64,000 nt of DNA from Pyrinomonadaceae bacterium (lineage in GTDB: Bacteria; Acidobacteriota; Blastocatellia; Pyrinomonadales; Pyrinomonadaceae), in contig DATEDU010000396.1 in NCBI GenBank assembly GCA_035281525.1, positions 2,660-66,659 of the forward strand. Reading direction: 5' to 3'. Below are positions 26,672-35,713 of the stretch, piece by piece. The notes under the pieces are model-generated. The model searched no databases and had not been told where the DNA came from. It saw only the letters and a program-made list of their open reading frames with translations. A program made the position numbers and the translations under genes. Each line of letters begins with the position of its first letter. Position 1 is the stretch's first letter.

Positions 26672-28606
26672 TTACTGCCTGCTGCTTACTGAGGCTTCGA
26701 TGCGACGGGCCGTCTCAATAAAGCTCTCATGCCAGAGCTCAAACATGAGCAGGGTCCAGAGTGTCTTGCGATGATTAGCAACGCCGCGTTCGTGTTCATC
26801 CTGTAGCCGCGTTATGTAGTCCGGATTAAAGAAGCCCGCTCTCTTTACTCGCGCCGGAGACAGTAAGTCGCGAGCCAACGGCCTCAGCTTCACTTTTAAC
26901 CACTCTGCTACCGGAACACCGAAACCCTTCTTGCCACGTCGCGGAACAAATCGTGGAACGAGATCGGATACCGCGCGTTTGAGGATGTACTTTGTCCGCC
27001 GGCCTCTTAGTTTGTAATCAACGGGCAGTGATGCAGCATATTCAGCGAGTCGATGATCGAGGAACGGCGCCCGCACTTCGAGAGACACCGCCATGCTGGC
27101 TCGGTCAACTTTCGTCAGTATGTCTTCCGCCAGGTAAAGTCGCGTGTCAAGGTTCTGCATTCTCTCGACGATGTCGTCGGCGTCGCATTCGTCCATCATG
27201 TTACGCGCTGCGGCGTAAATGTCCCCGTCGCTGTTTTGTAACACCTCGTTAGTTAACAACTCTCGTTGTTCTTCCGGTGTGAACGAGCCAAACCAAACAT
27301 GATGACGGGCGACTGGCTCGTACTTCGTCCCCGTGATGAACCGCAGAGCCTTGTAGTCAAACGAGAGATTCTTGGTTTTGACAGGCAGCAGACGGACCGA
27401 CGGTTCGATCACCATTGCTTTTAGAGCACGGGGAACTCGCGCGTATATCTGGGCAAGTTTATGACCCCAATACATCTCATATCCCGCAAACAGTTCATCA
27501 CCACCGTCGCCACCGAGGGCGACAGTTACGTGCTTGCGAGTAAACCGTGAAAGTAGATATGTGGGCACGAGCGAAGGATCGCTAAAAGGTTCGTCCATCC
27601 ATGAGCCAATCTCGCCCACGAGGTTGGCAGCAAGATTCGCGCTCAACCGTTCTTCGTGATGGTCTGTGCCGAGAAACTTCGCCACACCGCGCGCGTAAGA
27701 CGATTCGTCAAACGACGCTTCAGAAAATGAGATCGAGAACGTTTTGACTGCTTCAGACGATGCGCGCACGGCCAGAGCTGCGACCGACGACGAGTCAACA
27801 CCACCTGATAAAAGCACGCCGAGTGGCACGTCGGAGACGAGTCGCATCCGGACGGAGTCCGCCAACAGTTCGCGGACTCGTTCAGCGGCTTCTGCTTCAG
27901 TTGGAACGGGCTCTTTCGGCTTATAACTTAGTCGCCAATAACAGTCGGTCTTCACTTTGCCGTTTTCGAGAGTCAGCGTGTGTGCCGCAGGCAGCTTGTG
28001 AATGCCCTCATAGATCGACAGCGGTGCCGGCACATAATCAAACGACAAATACTGTCGCAGTGCCTGGACGTTGAGTGACGGTCGGACAGCGGGGTGCGCC
28101 AGCAACGCCTTCGGCTCAGAGGCGAAAAGAAGAATGTTGTCGAACACCCCCCAGTACAGCGGTTTTTCTCCAAAGCGATCGCGCGCGATAAACAACTTGC
28201 GCTGGTCTGAGTCCCAGAGGGCGAAGGCAAACATCCCATTCAGATGTTGGACCATCTCGATGCCGTGCTCTTCGTAAAGATGAGGCAAGATTTCGGTATC
28301 AGAGGCGCTACGGAACGTATGACCCTTCTTTTCAAGTGTCGCGCGCAGCTCGCGATAGTTATAGATCTCACCGTTGAGTACGACTGCGACACTTCCGTTT
28401 TCATTGAATATCGGCTGCTCGCCGGTGACGAGGTCGATGATTGCGAGCCGGCGCATTCCCAAACCGACGCCAGTTGAAACCAGCAGGCCTTCCGAATCGG
28501 GACCGCGATGCGTCAGTCGCTCGCACATTGAGCGCAGAAGTTCTTCGGCGCCGTCGGGAGGCGGCGTCCGCGCATTAAGATTGGCCCATCCGGTTATTCC
28601 ACACAT
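26672..28606 (-). CDS. asnB: Asparagine synthase (glutamine-hydrolysing) family amidotransferase
   Basis: N-terminal MCGITGW (Cys2 nucleophile of Ntn amidotransferases). PP-loop LLSGGVDSSSVAAL. Confidence 0.9.
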   Translation of the reverse strand: MCGITGWANLNARTPPPDGAEELLRSMCERLTHRGPDSEGLLVSTGVGLGMRRLAIIDLVTGEQPIFNENGSVAVVLNGEIYNYRELRATLEKKGHTFRSASDTEILPHLYEEHGIEMVQHLNGMFAFALWDSDQRKLFIARDRFGEKPLYWGVFDNILLFASEPKALLAHPAVRPSLNVQALRQYLSFDYVPAPLSIYEGIHKLPAAHTLTLENGKVKTDCYWRLSYKPKEPVPTEAEAAERVRELLADSVRMRLVSDVPLGVLLSGGVDSSSVAALAVRASSEAVKTFSISFSEASFDESSYARGVAKFLGTDHHEERLSANLAANLVGEIGSWMDEPFSDPSLVPTYLLSRFTRKHVTVALGGDGGDELFAGYEMYWGHKLAQIYARVPRALKAMVIEPSVRLLPVKTKNLSFDYKALRFITGTKYEPVARHHVWFGSFTPEEQRELLTNEVLQNSDGDIYAAARNMMDECDADDIVERMQNLDTRLYLAEDILTKVDRASMAVSLEVRAPFLDHRLAEYAASLPVDYKLRGRRTKYILKRAVSDLVPRFVPRRGKKGFGVPVAEWLKVKLRPLARDLLSPARVKRAGFFNPDYITRLQDEHERGVANHRKTLWTLLMFELWHESFIETARRIEASVSSRQ

Positions 28607-28628
28607 GACAATGGTGAATCAGGGGCTA

Positions 28629-28738
28629 CTCAATAGGACAAATAGGCCCTATAGGACCTATTGAATAGGACGATAGGACCAATATAGGACGAATAGGTCC
28701 TATTGGCCCTATTCCTATAGGTCATATAGGTCGTATGT
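28629..28738. repeat. Inverted/tandem repeat of ATAGGAC/ATAGGCC units
   Basis: caataggacaaataggccctataggacctattgaataggacgataggaccaatataggacgaataggtcctattggccctattcctataggtcatataggtcg. It fills the gap between 28606 and 28742. A short related copy (ccttataggtccgatacgtcctatt) lies near 35680-35705. Confidence 0.85.
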
Positions 28739-28741
28739 CTC

Positions 28742-29749
28742 CTATTGATCATCGAAACCCATTCTTTCCCGCACTGCATAAATCGATTTGGCCTGCGATT
28801 CGTGATACGTGCGCACCAACATCTCGGCCAGCAATCCCATCAGTAGAAACTGAATGCCCACCGCAAACATCACGATCGCCAGAATCGGAAGTGGTGTCTG
28901 TACAAAATCCGCTTTGTGAAACAGTTTCAGAAACACGGCATAGAGCCCTGCCAGCAGTGAAATCAGAAATGCCAGCATGCCAAAAGAGCCGAACACATAA
29001 ATCGGCTTCGTTTGATAAGAAGCCATGAACTTTATCGTCATGAGGTCAAAGACGACTTTGAGCGTGCGCGACAAGCCATACTTCGACTTACCCATTGTGC
29101 GCGCATGATGTTCAACCGGAATCTCTGAAACGCGAGCTCCGGCCCATGAAGCATAAATCGGAATAAACCGGTGCATCTCGCCATAGAGCCGCACGTCTTG
29201 CAGCGCTTCACGCCGGTAAGCCTTGAGCGAACACCCATAGTCGTGCAGCGGAACTCCACCGATCCAAGAGATCAACCGGTTGGCCATCATCGAAGGGATC
29301 TTGCGCGTGATGAGCTTGTCCTGCCTGTTTTTGCGCCAGCCTGAAACGACATCGTAGCCCTCGTCGAGCTTCTCCAGCAGCCTCACGATATCTGCCGGAT
29401 CATTTTGCAAATCTGCATCCATCGGGATCAGCACCTTGCCGCGAGCTGCGTCGATTCCCGCAGCCATTGCCGCAGTTTGCCCATAGTTGCGCCTGAGCGC
29501 CACTACCCGCACGCGGTCATCGCCGCGCGCGATGTCCTGGAGAATCTTAAGGCTACCGTCTGTCGATCCGTCATCAACGTAGATGACTTCCGCCGTACGA
29601 CCCAGGCGTTTTAAAGCATCGTCGAGCTTGCTGTGCAAAGGGAGAAGGTTCAGCTCTTCGTTGTAGACGGGGAGAAAAATCGAGACGTCCGGGACGTCGC
29701 GTTGTACCATCGCCGGCGATACCAACTTCTCCTCTTCGTAAACTTTCAT
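28742..29749 (-). CDS. Family 2 glycosyltransferase, polyprenyl-phosphate glycosyltransferase type (GtrB/ArnC/DPM1-like)
   Basis: ORF extends to 29776; I prefer the ATG at 29749 (MKVYEEE). Motifs SIFLPVYNEE, VIYVDDGSTDGS, IPMDADLQNDP. Two C-terminal TM helices. Confidence 0.85.
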   Translation of the reverse strand: MKVYEEEKLVSPAMVQRDVPDVSIFLPVYNEELNLLPLHSKLDDALKRLGRTAEVIYVDDGSTDGSLKILQDIARGDDRVRVVALRRNYGQTAAMAAGIDAARGKVLIPMDADLQNDPADIVRLLEKLDEGYDVVSGWRKNRQDKLITRKIPSMMANRLISWIGGVPLHDYGCSLKAYRREALQDVRLYGEMHRFIPIYASWAGARVSEIPVEHHARTMGKSKYGLSRTLKVVFDLMTIKFMASYQTKPIYVFGSFGMLAFLISLLAGLYAVFLKLFHKADFVQTPLPILAIVMFAVGIQFLLMGLLAEMLVRTYHESQAKSIYAVRERMGFDDQ

Positions 29750-29751
29750 AA

Positions 29752-30534
29752 CTAGTCTATTGGGCGAGCGACACACACAATCGAAACACCAAACGGAAAG
29801 TTTATATGTCGCAAGAGCAGTGCTTCAGCACCAAGAATTCTCCCGAGAATACCATTCATAAATCCTACTGTCAGATTGTTTTCCGACGCCGGTCGATACC
29901 CTGTCAAACGCATCAGCACTCGCCCCACGAGAATGGGGAGAAAGAACGTGATGTTCGCATACGTTGCGCGCTCGACTTCAAAACCCGCGCGGCTCAAAAC
30001 TTCTTTCAGACCGGCGAGCGTGTAACGGCGCCGGTGGTTGCTGATATCGTCCTGAACCCCCCAAAGGAACATGAAGGCCGGCACAAACAGCAGCGCTCGG
30101 CCGTTCGGCCGCAACACTCTTTTCATTTCTTTTAAACCACCGACATCGTCGTCAAGATGCTCGACTACGTCGAGTCCGGTCACGAGGTCGAAGGAGTCGT
30201 CTTCATAAGGAAGGTGTTCCGCTTCACCAAGACGAACATTCGTTAAGCCGCGCGTTTGGCAAAACTCGAGCGCCTCAGCGGACACGTCTACACCCTCGGC
30301 CGAACCAAACTGCGAGAGCATTTCAAGATTCGCGCCTGTGCCGCAACCGACATCGAGTATACGCGGATGCGTGTTGGGCAGAGCCTTAACGATGCGTTCG
30401 ACAAAACTGGAAAGGATTGTTCGTCTGCCGACAAACCACCAGTGATTCTCCTCGACTCGATACATGATCGAGTAGGTATGTTGTTGCATCTCCTGGGGTA
30501 GGGAGCGGTTGATAATGTTGGTCGACGTGGACAT
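29752..30534 (-). CDS. Class I SAM-dependent methyltransferase
   Basis: ORF extends to 30582; I prefer the ATG at 30534 (MSTSTNII), which forms a TAATG overlap with the upstream stop. Motif I ILDVGCGTGANLEML. Confidence 0.8.
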   Translation of the reverse strand: MSTSTNIINRSLPQEMQQHTYSIMYRVEENHWWFVGRRTILSSFVERIVKALPNTHPRILDVGCGTGANLEMLSQFGSAEGVDVSAEALEFCQTRGLTNVRLGEAEHLPYEDDSFDLVTGLDVVEHLDDDVGGLKEMKRVLRPNGRALLFVPAFMFLWGVQDDISNHRRRYTLAGLKEVLSRAGFEVERATYANITFFLPILVGRVLMRLTGYRPASENNLTVGFMNGILGRILGAEALLLRHINFPFGVSIVCVARPID

Positions 30535-31517
30535 TACAAAACGGCGCGACCGGGGTACCCGGGTCGTACCGTATTGTACCATTCGATGAACTTCCGGATG
30601 CCCTCTTCGATTTGAGTCTGAGGGTTGTAGCCCAGCAGCCGGCGCGCTTTTGCTATGTCCGCAAACGTCTGAGGTACATCCCCCGGCTGAAGAGGCTGCC
30701 GATCTATTTCCGCCTTGATGCCCAACTCCTTCTCGAGCAACGAAATCAGCTCCCGCAGCTCGACCGTTCGTGACTCGCCGAGGTTGATTATCTCGTAATT
30801 GCTCTGGCGGTAATTTATCGCGGCTCGAACTCCGGCAATGATGTCGTCGATGTAGGTGTAGTCGCGGCGAGTCGTGCCGTCACCAAACACGGGAATTGGT
30901 TTGCCCTGGCTAATCAAAGTCGCAAACTTATGAATTGCCAAATCAGGCCGCTGGCGCGCACCGTAGACAGTAAAGAACCGCAAGCAGATACACCGCAGGC
31001 CATAGAGATGAGAGTAGGTATGACACAGCAATTCTCCGGCAGCCTTTGTTGCCGCGTACGGCGAGATGGGATGAAAGATCGGATCGTCTTCACTGAAAGG
31101 GACCTTCTCATTAACGCCGTAGACTGAAGACGACGAGCCAAAAACAAAGTGGCCCACGTCATTAGTTCGCGCCAGCTCGAGCAGGTTCATGGTGCCGTTG
31201 ATGTTTGTCTCTGTGTAGAGTTGAGGTTGAGTAAGCGAGGGTCGCACGCCGGCGCGCGCTGCCAGATGCACTATCGTGTCAAAGCGGGTCTGCCAGAAGA
31301 CCTGTTCGAGCGCGCGCCGATCGCGAATATCAACTTCGTGCAACTCGTAATCAGGATGTTGTAGATGGGCTTGAACGTTTTGTCGCTTGATGTCGGGAGA
31401 ATAGAAGTCGTTGAAGTCATCAACGACAGTAATGCGCCCTTTACTTTCCGCCAGGAGACGATCTACGAGATGCGAACCAATAAAACCAGCTCCGCCTGTA
31501 ATTAGGATGTTGTTCAT
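30534..31517 (-). CDS. NAD-dependent nucleotide-sugar epimerase/dehydratase (extended SDR; UDP-glucuronate 4-epimerase-like)
   Basis: [14 protein letters not shown] and the catalytic YAATKAAGE (YxxxK). Confidence 0.85.
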   Translation of the reverse strand: MNNILITGGAGFIGSHLVDRLLAESKGRITVVDDFNDFYSPDIKRQNVQAHLQHPDYELHEVDIRDRRALEQVFWQTRFDTIVHLAARAGVRPSLTQPQLYTETNINGTMNLLELARTNDVGHFVFGSSSSVYGVNEKVPFSEDDPIFHPISPYAATKAAGELLCHTYSHLYGLRCICLRFFTVYGARQRPDLAIHKFATLISQGKPIPVFGDGTTRRDYTYIDDIIAGVRAAINYRQSNYEIINLGESRTVELRELISLLEKELGIKAEIDRQPLQPGDVPQTFADIAKARRLLGYNPQTQIEEGIRKFIEWYNTVRPGYPGRAVL

Positions 31518-31522
31518 GATGC

Positions 31523-31713
31523 AAGTCTGGAGTCGCGAGTCTGGAGTCAGGAGTCAGAAGTCAGAAGTCAGGAGTTCAGAAGGCAGAAGACAGCCGTAAG
31601 CTCCTGAAATCTGTAAGCAGAGAATTTTCATAGTAATGACTTGACTCCTGACTCCCGACTCGGGACTCCTGACTCCCGACTCGGGACTCCAGACTCCCGA
31701 CTCGGGACTCCAG
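31523..31713. repeat. Long inverted repeat of GGAGTC(T/A)G / GACTCC(C/T)GACTCGG units
   Basis: Left arm aagtctggagtcgcgagtctggagtcaggagtcagaagtcagaagtcaggag pairs with right arm ttgactcctgactcccgactcgggactcctgactcccgactcgggactccagactcccgactcgggactccagg. It abuts the stop codon at 31715 and sits between co-directional genes. Confidence 0.9.
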
Positions 31714-31714
31714 G

Positions 31715-32602
31715 CTACTTCTTCGCATAAATCCAAAGATGCCAACCCCACTGAGCTGCCAGGCGAGACTCCATCGATCTGGAAAGTAAACCTCCAACTA
31801 ACGGCAGCCATCGTTTATTCATAAAATACGTTCGCAGCTCAACTTCAGAAAAATCCTTAAACAACTTTTGCGCGTCGCTGCGAGAGTATACGCGCGCGAG
31901 TGGATTGGCCGCGCCGTCTGTGTTGCGGCTTAAGAATTCTTCACTTTTAAAATAGCCGTTCTTGTTGGTCCTCAACTGGCGTGCGTGTTCGTGAAGCGAG
32001 TCGAGTGGCTCGCCGGTCAGACGACGGACCAGCCCGATCCCAGGTTTCCACTTAAGCAGATGAGCGCCAGCGCGCCGCAGAACAGAAATGTTGATGCGAT
32101 AGTTATATGAATCTCGATGGTAAAGCATTACCTCAGCGCGTCCGCCCGGCCGCAACACTCGGTGGATCTGCCGAATCGCTGCGGCTATATCTGGCGTGTG
32201 ATGCAGGACTCCATGAGAGTAAACGAGATCGAACGAGTCATCGTCGAAATCCAGGTTTTCTGCGTCGCCCGTTCTGAAAGTTCCGGCTAGGCCGTGTACC
32301 TCAAAGTTCTTCTGGGCGAGTTCGACTGCGGCTTCAGTTAGATCGATTCCGGTGTAGTCGGCACCCGCCCTCGCAAATTGTACGCCGTCCGTCCCGAGCC
32401 CACACCCGATCTCCAAAACTCTTAAACCTTTGGTATTGTCGAACCCGGCAGCCAGCGGAATGTGCCATTCTTTTGTGTAGCGATGCTGCTCAATCAGTTC
32501 GTAGAAGCGGCGCGATCCTGGGCGTGCGTCGGCAAACTTGATCCCGCATGGATTAGCCTGCCAAAACGTGCGCACCTGTTCTTTTAAGTCATTGGCCATC
32601 AC
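31715..32602 (-). CDS. Class I SAM-dependent methyltransferase
   Basis: Motif I VLEIGCGLGTDGVQFA and motif post-I DYTGIDLT. Confidence 0.8.
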   Translation of the reverse strand: MMANDLKEQVRTFWQANPCGIKFADARPGSRRFYELIEQHRYTKEWHIPLAAGFDNTKGLRVLEIGCGLGTDGVQFARAGADYTGIDLTEAAVELAQKNFEVHGLAGTFRTGDAENLDFDDDSFDLVYSHGVLHHTPDIAAAIRQIHRVLRPGGRAEVMLYHRDSYNYRINISVLRRAGAHLLKWKPGIGLVRRLTGEPLDSLHEHARQLRTNKNGYFKSEEFLSRNTDGAANPLARVYSRSDAQKLFKDFSEVELRTYFMNKRWLPLVGGLLSRSMESRLAAQWGWHLWIYAKK

Positions 32603-33606
32603 TTCGCGACAGACAGGATCCTCTCAATCACTTTAGGATCATTCGGCAGCAAACCAGACTTCGGCAGACGCGGCGTCAGAGTGGCCCAATTAGGATCCAT
32701 CTTGAAAACACGACGAAACAGGGGCAAAGAATCCTCCACTCGGCCCATGTTCACCAATGCGACTGCATGCCAGTAGATCATCTCAGCGTTGTCGGGCACG
32801 AGTTTCTCAGCGGCGCCGTACTCTCGTAACGCTCCCTCGTTGTCTTTGTGCTCGACTGCCAGATCGCCCGCGTTCATGTGATTGTATGCGCGCTGTAACT
32901 TGACGAGCCGCCGGAGCTCGACCAACGGCTCACTACTATCGTCAACACGAAGATCAAAAATTCGATCTTTCCAGGACTGCCCCGTTGGCTTACCCGTAAC
33001 AACGATGAGAGCAGCGGACTGTTTGCCTCGAATATCGCCGCCTGCCGCCTGAGCCGCATCGAGCGCTGCCAGCATTCGATCAGCCAGATCTCCTTTCGCA
33101 CTCTCGAAAGCCGCTGACATCGCGGGCCAAACTTTGTCGTTGAGCATCAGGTTCGCTTGCACTGAGTAGTTCTTGCCGACAATGTGACCGGCTGCTTGAA
33201 TATCGTTCTTGCCGGTCCACGCATCAACACGACCCTGTGCGTCGATCATCGCGACCTGTCTGACTTCACGCCCTTCGTCACCTGCTAACAATGCACGCAG
33301 AGTGTCGGGCGCACTCTTCCCGGCACGCATCAGGTCCAGACCAAGTTTGCCGTAGCTGGGATCGACAAATGATTGAGTTGCGATTGCGCCTACGCCTGCT
33401 TCGGCCCAAGCAACGATGGGACCAACTGAGAACCAGTGAGATTGAACTGCCACGCCGAACTCGCCCGTGTCTGGATCGCGCGCGACTATGGAGTAGGTAT
33501 GAACTGGCCGCTTGGGAATCGAATGTTGCGCACGTGTATCTTCCTGAGCGCTTATAGTCGCCGGCCAGCACGCCGCGACAAGAATGCTTACGAGAAGAAT
33601 CCTCAT
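32599..33606 (-). CDS. DUF1028 (Ntn-hydrolase-like) domain protein with C-terminal TPR-like region, secreted
   Basis: Signal peptide followed by HTYSIVARDPDTGEFGVAVQSHWFSVG, the DUF1028 N-terminal signature. ATGA-type overlap with 31715..32602. Confidence 0.75.
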   Translation of the reverse strand: MRILLVSILVAACWPATISAQEDTRAQHSIPKRPVHTYSIVARDPDTGEFGVAVQSHWFSVGPIVAWAEAGVGAIATQSFVDPSYGKLGLDLMRAGKSAPDTLRALLAGDEGREVRQVAMIDAQGRVDAWTGKNDIQAAGHIVGKNYSVQANLMLNDKVWPAMSAAFESAKGDLADRMLAALDAAQAAGGDIRGKQSAALIVVTGKPTGQSWKDRIFDLRVDDSSEPLVELRRLVKLQRAYNHMNAGDLAVEHKDNEGALREYGAAEKLVPDNAEMIYWHAVALVNMGRVEDSLPLFRRVFKMDPNWATLTPRLPKSGLLPNDPKVIERILSVAK

Positions 33607-33632
33607 AGTTGTCTCCGACTAAATGATCTTTC

Positions 33633-34037
33633 CTACGACACGAAGGGATAAACAGGCGTATTGCGAAAGATCCAAAAGGACAGCACGATGCCGAAGATGG
33701 CCCAAATATACCTGGCCGGCAGACTATTTCGGTTAATCGGCTGTCCTCGCACTACGGCATTTGTATATCGCAAAAGAGCATAAAGCAGAAATGGGAGCGA
33801 AAGAATTAAGAGCGGGTTGAATTGGAAGGCCGCCGAGAAGTTGCCGTGAACTAATTGGTGCAAGGCGCGCGTGGTGCCGCAACCTGGGCAAGTGAAACCG
33901 GTCAGCGCGCGAAATAAACAGCCGGGAAGCAAAGGTGACTTCCCGGGCTCAAGGAAAAACAAAACGGCGCCGACTACACCCAACGCCGCCCACAGGGCTA
34001 GCACAAAGCTCCGTCGATTAGTGATCTGGTCAAACAT
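33633..34037 (-). CDS. DUF2752 domain membrane protein
   Basis: CLFRALTGFTCPGCGTTRALHQL matches the DUF2752 CPxCGxTRA motif. About 4 TM helices. Confidence 0.75.
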   Translation of the reverse strand: MFDQITNRRSFVLALWAALGVVGAVLFFLEPGKSPLLPGCLFRALTGFTCPGCGTTRALHQLVHGNFSAAFQFNPLLILSLPFLLYALLRYTNAVVRGQPINRNSLPARYIWAIFGIVLSFWIFRNTPVYPFVS

Positions 34038-34051
34038 GAGGCTCTCATTTA

Positions 34052-34195
34052 CACCGGGTTTCAGCCCGGTGAACGGTACGAGAAAAACGAAGAACCGTTT
34101 TAACGGTTTCGATGAGCTGCCAAAGAAGCCACAATCAAACCGTTAAAACGGTTGGTCGATCAGGACTGGTCCAAAACACCGGGCTTAAGCCCGGT
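34052..34195. repeat. Composite palindromic element (A-B-B'-A' arrangement of small hairpins)
   Basis: caccgggtttcagcccggtg (34052-34071). gaaccgttttaacggtttc (34092-34110). aaccgttaaaacggtt (34138-34153). caccgggcttaagcccggt (34177-34195). Confidence 0.85.
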
Positions 34196-34210
34196 ATGAC
34201 TGAAAGCTGA

Positions 34211-34594
34211 TCAGAACCAGCCTTTTTTGCCCTGGATGTAAGTCCGGACAAAATCTTCGTCGGATTTCGTGAGGTAAATTATTCCTTCGATGATACCTAT
34301 GATTCCTCCAGCCCCGCAGGTCACCAACGTGATTACGATCTGAATGATGCCTTCGGTAGTGTAGCCCAGGATGAATTTGTGCACGCCAAAGCCGCCGAGC
34401 AGAATCCCGCAGATTCCGGCAACGAGCTTCTTGTCAGCGCCTAACGTCTTCCAGTCGACCATTTGTTGTTGCTGGTTGACTGACTGCATTGGCTGGTAAC
34501 CACCGGTCGCCGGCGCAAGCGGGGCTTGGCAAGCAATGCAGTATTGAGCGGTCTCGTCATTCGTAGCGCCACACTTCGTACAATATCTAGTCAT
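34211..34594 (-). CDS. Zinc-ribbon plus TM2 domain membrane protein
   Basis: N-terminal RYCTKCGATNDETAQYCIACQ (CxxC...CxxC). C-terminal KKLVAGICGILLGGFGVHKFILGY...IIGIIEGIIYL matches the TM2 domain pattern. Confidence 0.8.
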   Translation of the reverse strand: MTRYCTKCGATNDETAQYCIACQAPLAPATGGYQPMQSVNQQQQMVDWKTLGADKKLVAGICGILLGGFGVHKFILGYTTEGIIQIVITLVTCGAGGIIGIIEGIIYLTKSDEDFVRTYIQGKKGWF

Positions 34595-34686
34595 TAGTTT
34601 TTCTTCTCCGCAGATACTTAATTACAGAGAGCCCACTCGCGCTGCGGTATGCGACGCAGGCTGCAGTTAAGCTCTTGATCTCGCAT

Positions 34687-34986
34687 TTAGGGCTGGCTGA
34701 TGGCACCAAGGCCAGCGCCAAGAACCATCAATATCAAGTAAATTAATCCGGCCGCCAAACCGAGCCCAATCGCGAGAAAGCTAAACAGCTTAGCTTTCTT
34801 GGAAGCATCCATCGCGCCTTGAATGTCTCCAGCGGCGACCTTCCCATTAACTTGAGCGGCAAATATTATCGCCACGATCGATAGCGGCCAGCAACAAAGC
34901 AATGAAAGAATGGCCGGAACCAAATAGTTCGGAACATTAGCCGGAGCGCTGGTTGGCGGCGGTGGCGGCGTCCACTGTTGCGACAT
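34687..34986 (-). CDS. CD225/dispanin family small membrane protein
   Basis: Pro-rich N-terminus followed by NYLVPAILSLLCCWPLSIVAIIFAAQVNGKVAAGDIQGA...KAKLFSFLAI. This is the CD225 two-helix pattern with a CCW motif. Confidence 0.75.
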   Translation of the reverse strand: MSQQWTPPPPPTSAPANVPNYLVPAILSLLCCWPLSIVAIIFAAQVNGKVAAGDIQGAMDASKKAKLFSFLAIGLGLAAGLIYLILMVLGAGLGAISQP

Positions 34987-35033
34987 TTAGGGGTTCTCCT
35001 GGTTCTGGGAATGTGATTACGATATTTGTTAGC

Positions 35034-35555
35034 TTAGATTCCGGTGCCAAAGCTTCCCGGTGGATTGTCAACGGGATTCGGCGGAGGTGGCGGCACATTT
35101 ATGTTCTCTTTACGCTTCTCGAAAAGCGGAACTCCTATCAAGCCGCCAACCGTCGCAAGCACGACGAAGATCACAAAGCCGACGATGCCCGAAATGACCA
35201 CAAGTACGACGCCAGTTAAAGGAAAATCTGGACTGATGGCCCGCATTTGTGCATCCAGGGCATCTACGCCGGTGATAAGTAATGAGATGGGTAGTCCGAT
35301 GATCAAGTAAATCGCCCCGCCAATTACTCCGGCGAGCGCGCCCACTATGGCTCCATCCAAAATCGTCGCAGGAAGCGGCGAGCCTTTGACGTAGAGCATC
35401 GTTGCTAGTAGGCCGCCGGCAATTGGCCAGAGGCAATTGCAACAACCCACCATTCTGACGACGGGAACGGGAACAGCCGAGATTAGGACCGTCAGGACAA
35501 GAAGCAGCCCTAATGCGCCGCCGCCGATAAGGGCGGGCTTAAGTTTGTTATTCAT
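35034..35555 (-). CDS. Hypothetical multi-pass membrane protein with Pro-rich C-terminal tail
   Basis: 173-aa ORF with 4-5 hydrophobic helices, a CCNC motif and the tail NVPPPPPNPVDNPPGSFG. Confidence 0.6.
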   Translation of the reverse strand: MNNKLKPALIGGGALGLLLVLTVLISAVPVPVVRMVGCCNCLWPIAGGLLATMLYVKGSPLPATILDGAIVGALAGVIGGAIYLIIGLPISLLITGVDALDAQMRAISPDFPLTGVVLVVISGIVGFVIFVVLATVGGLIGVPLFEKRKENINVPPPPPNPVDNPPGSFGTGI

Positions 35556-35713
35556 GCGGGCAGATCAACTTTAATTCCGGGAAAAACTGGGTCGAGCGTG
35601 ATGCATAACTAACAAAGAGGCGCGGGAATGTCAATAAAACGGCGGGAAAAACTGAGAAAAACAGTAAGAGGCCTTATAGGTCCGATACGTCCTATTTGAA
35701 AAATTAGTGGTCC

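Noticed and set aside
31554-31811. ORFs 31554..31811 and 31576..31797 (SPESGV/SRVGS repeats)
   Set aside because: They lie entirely within the GGAGTC-unit hairpin and overlap the 3' end of the methyltransferase gene. The periodic peptide reflects the tandem unit, not a gene.
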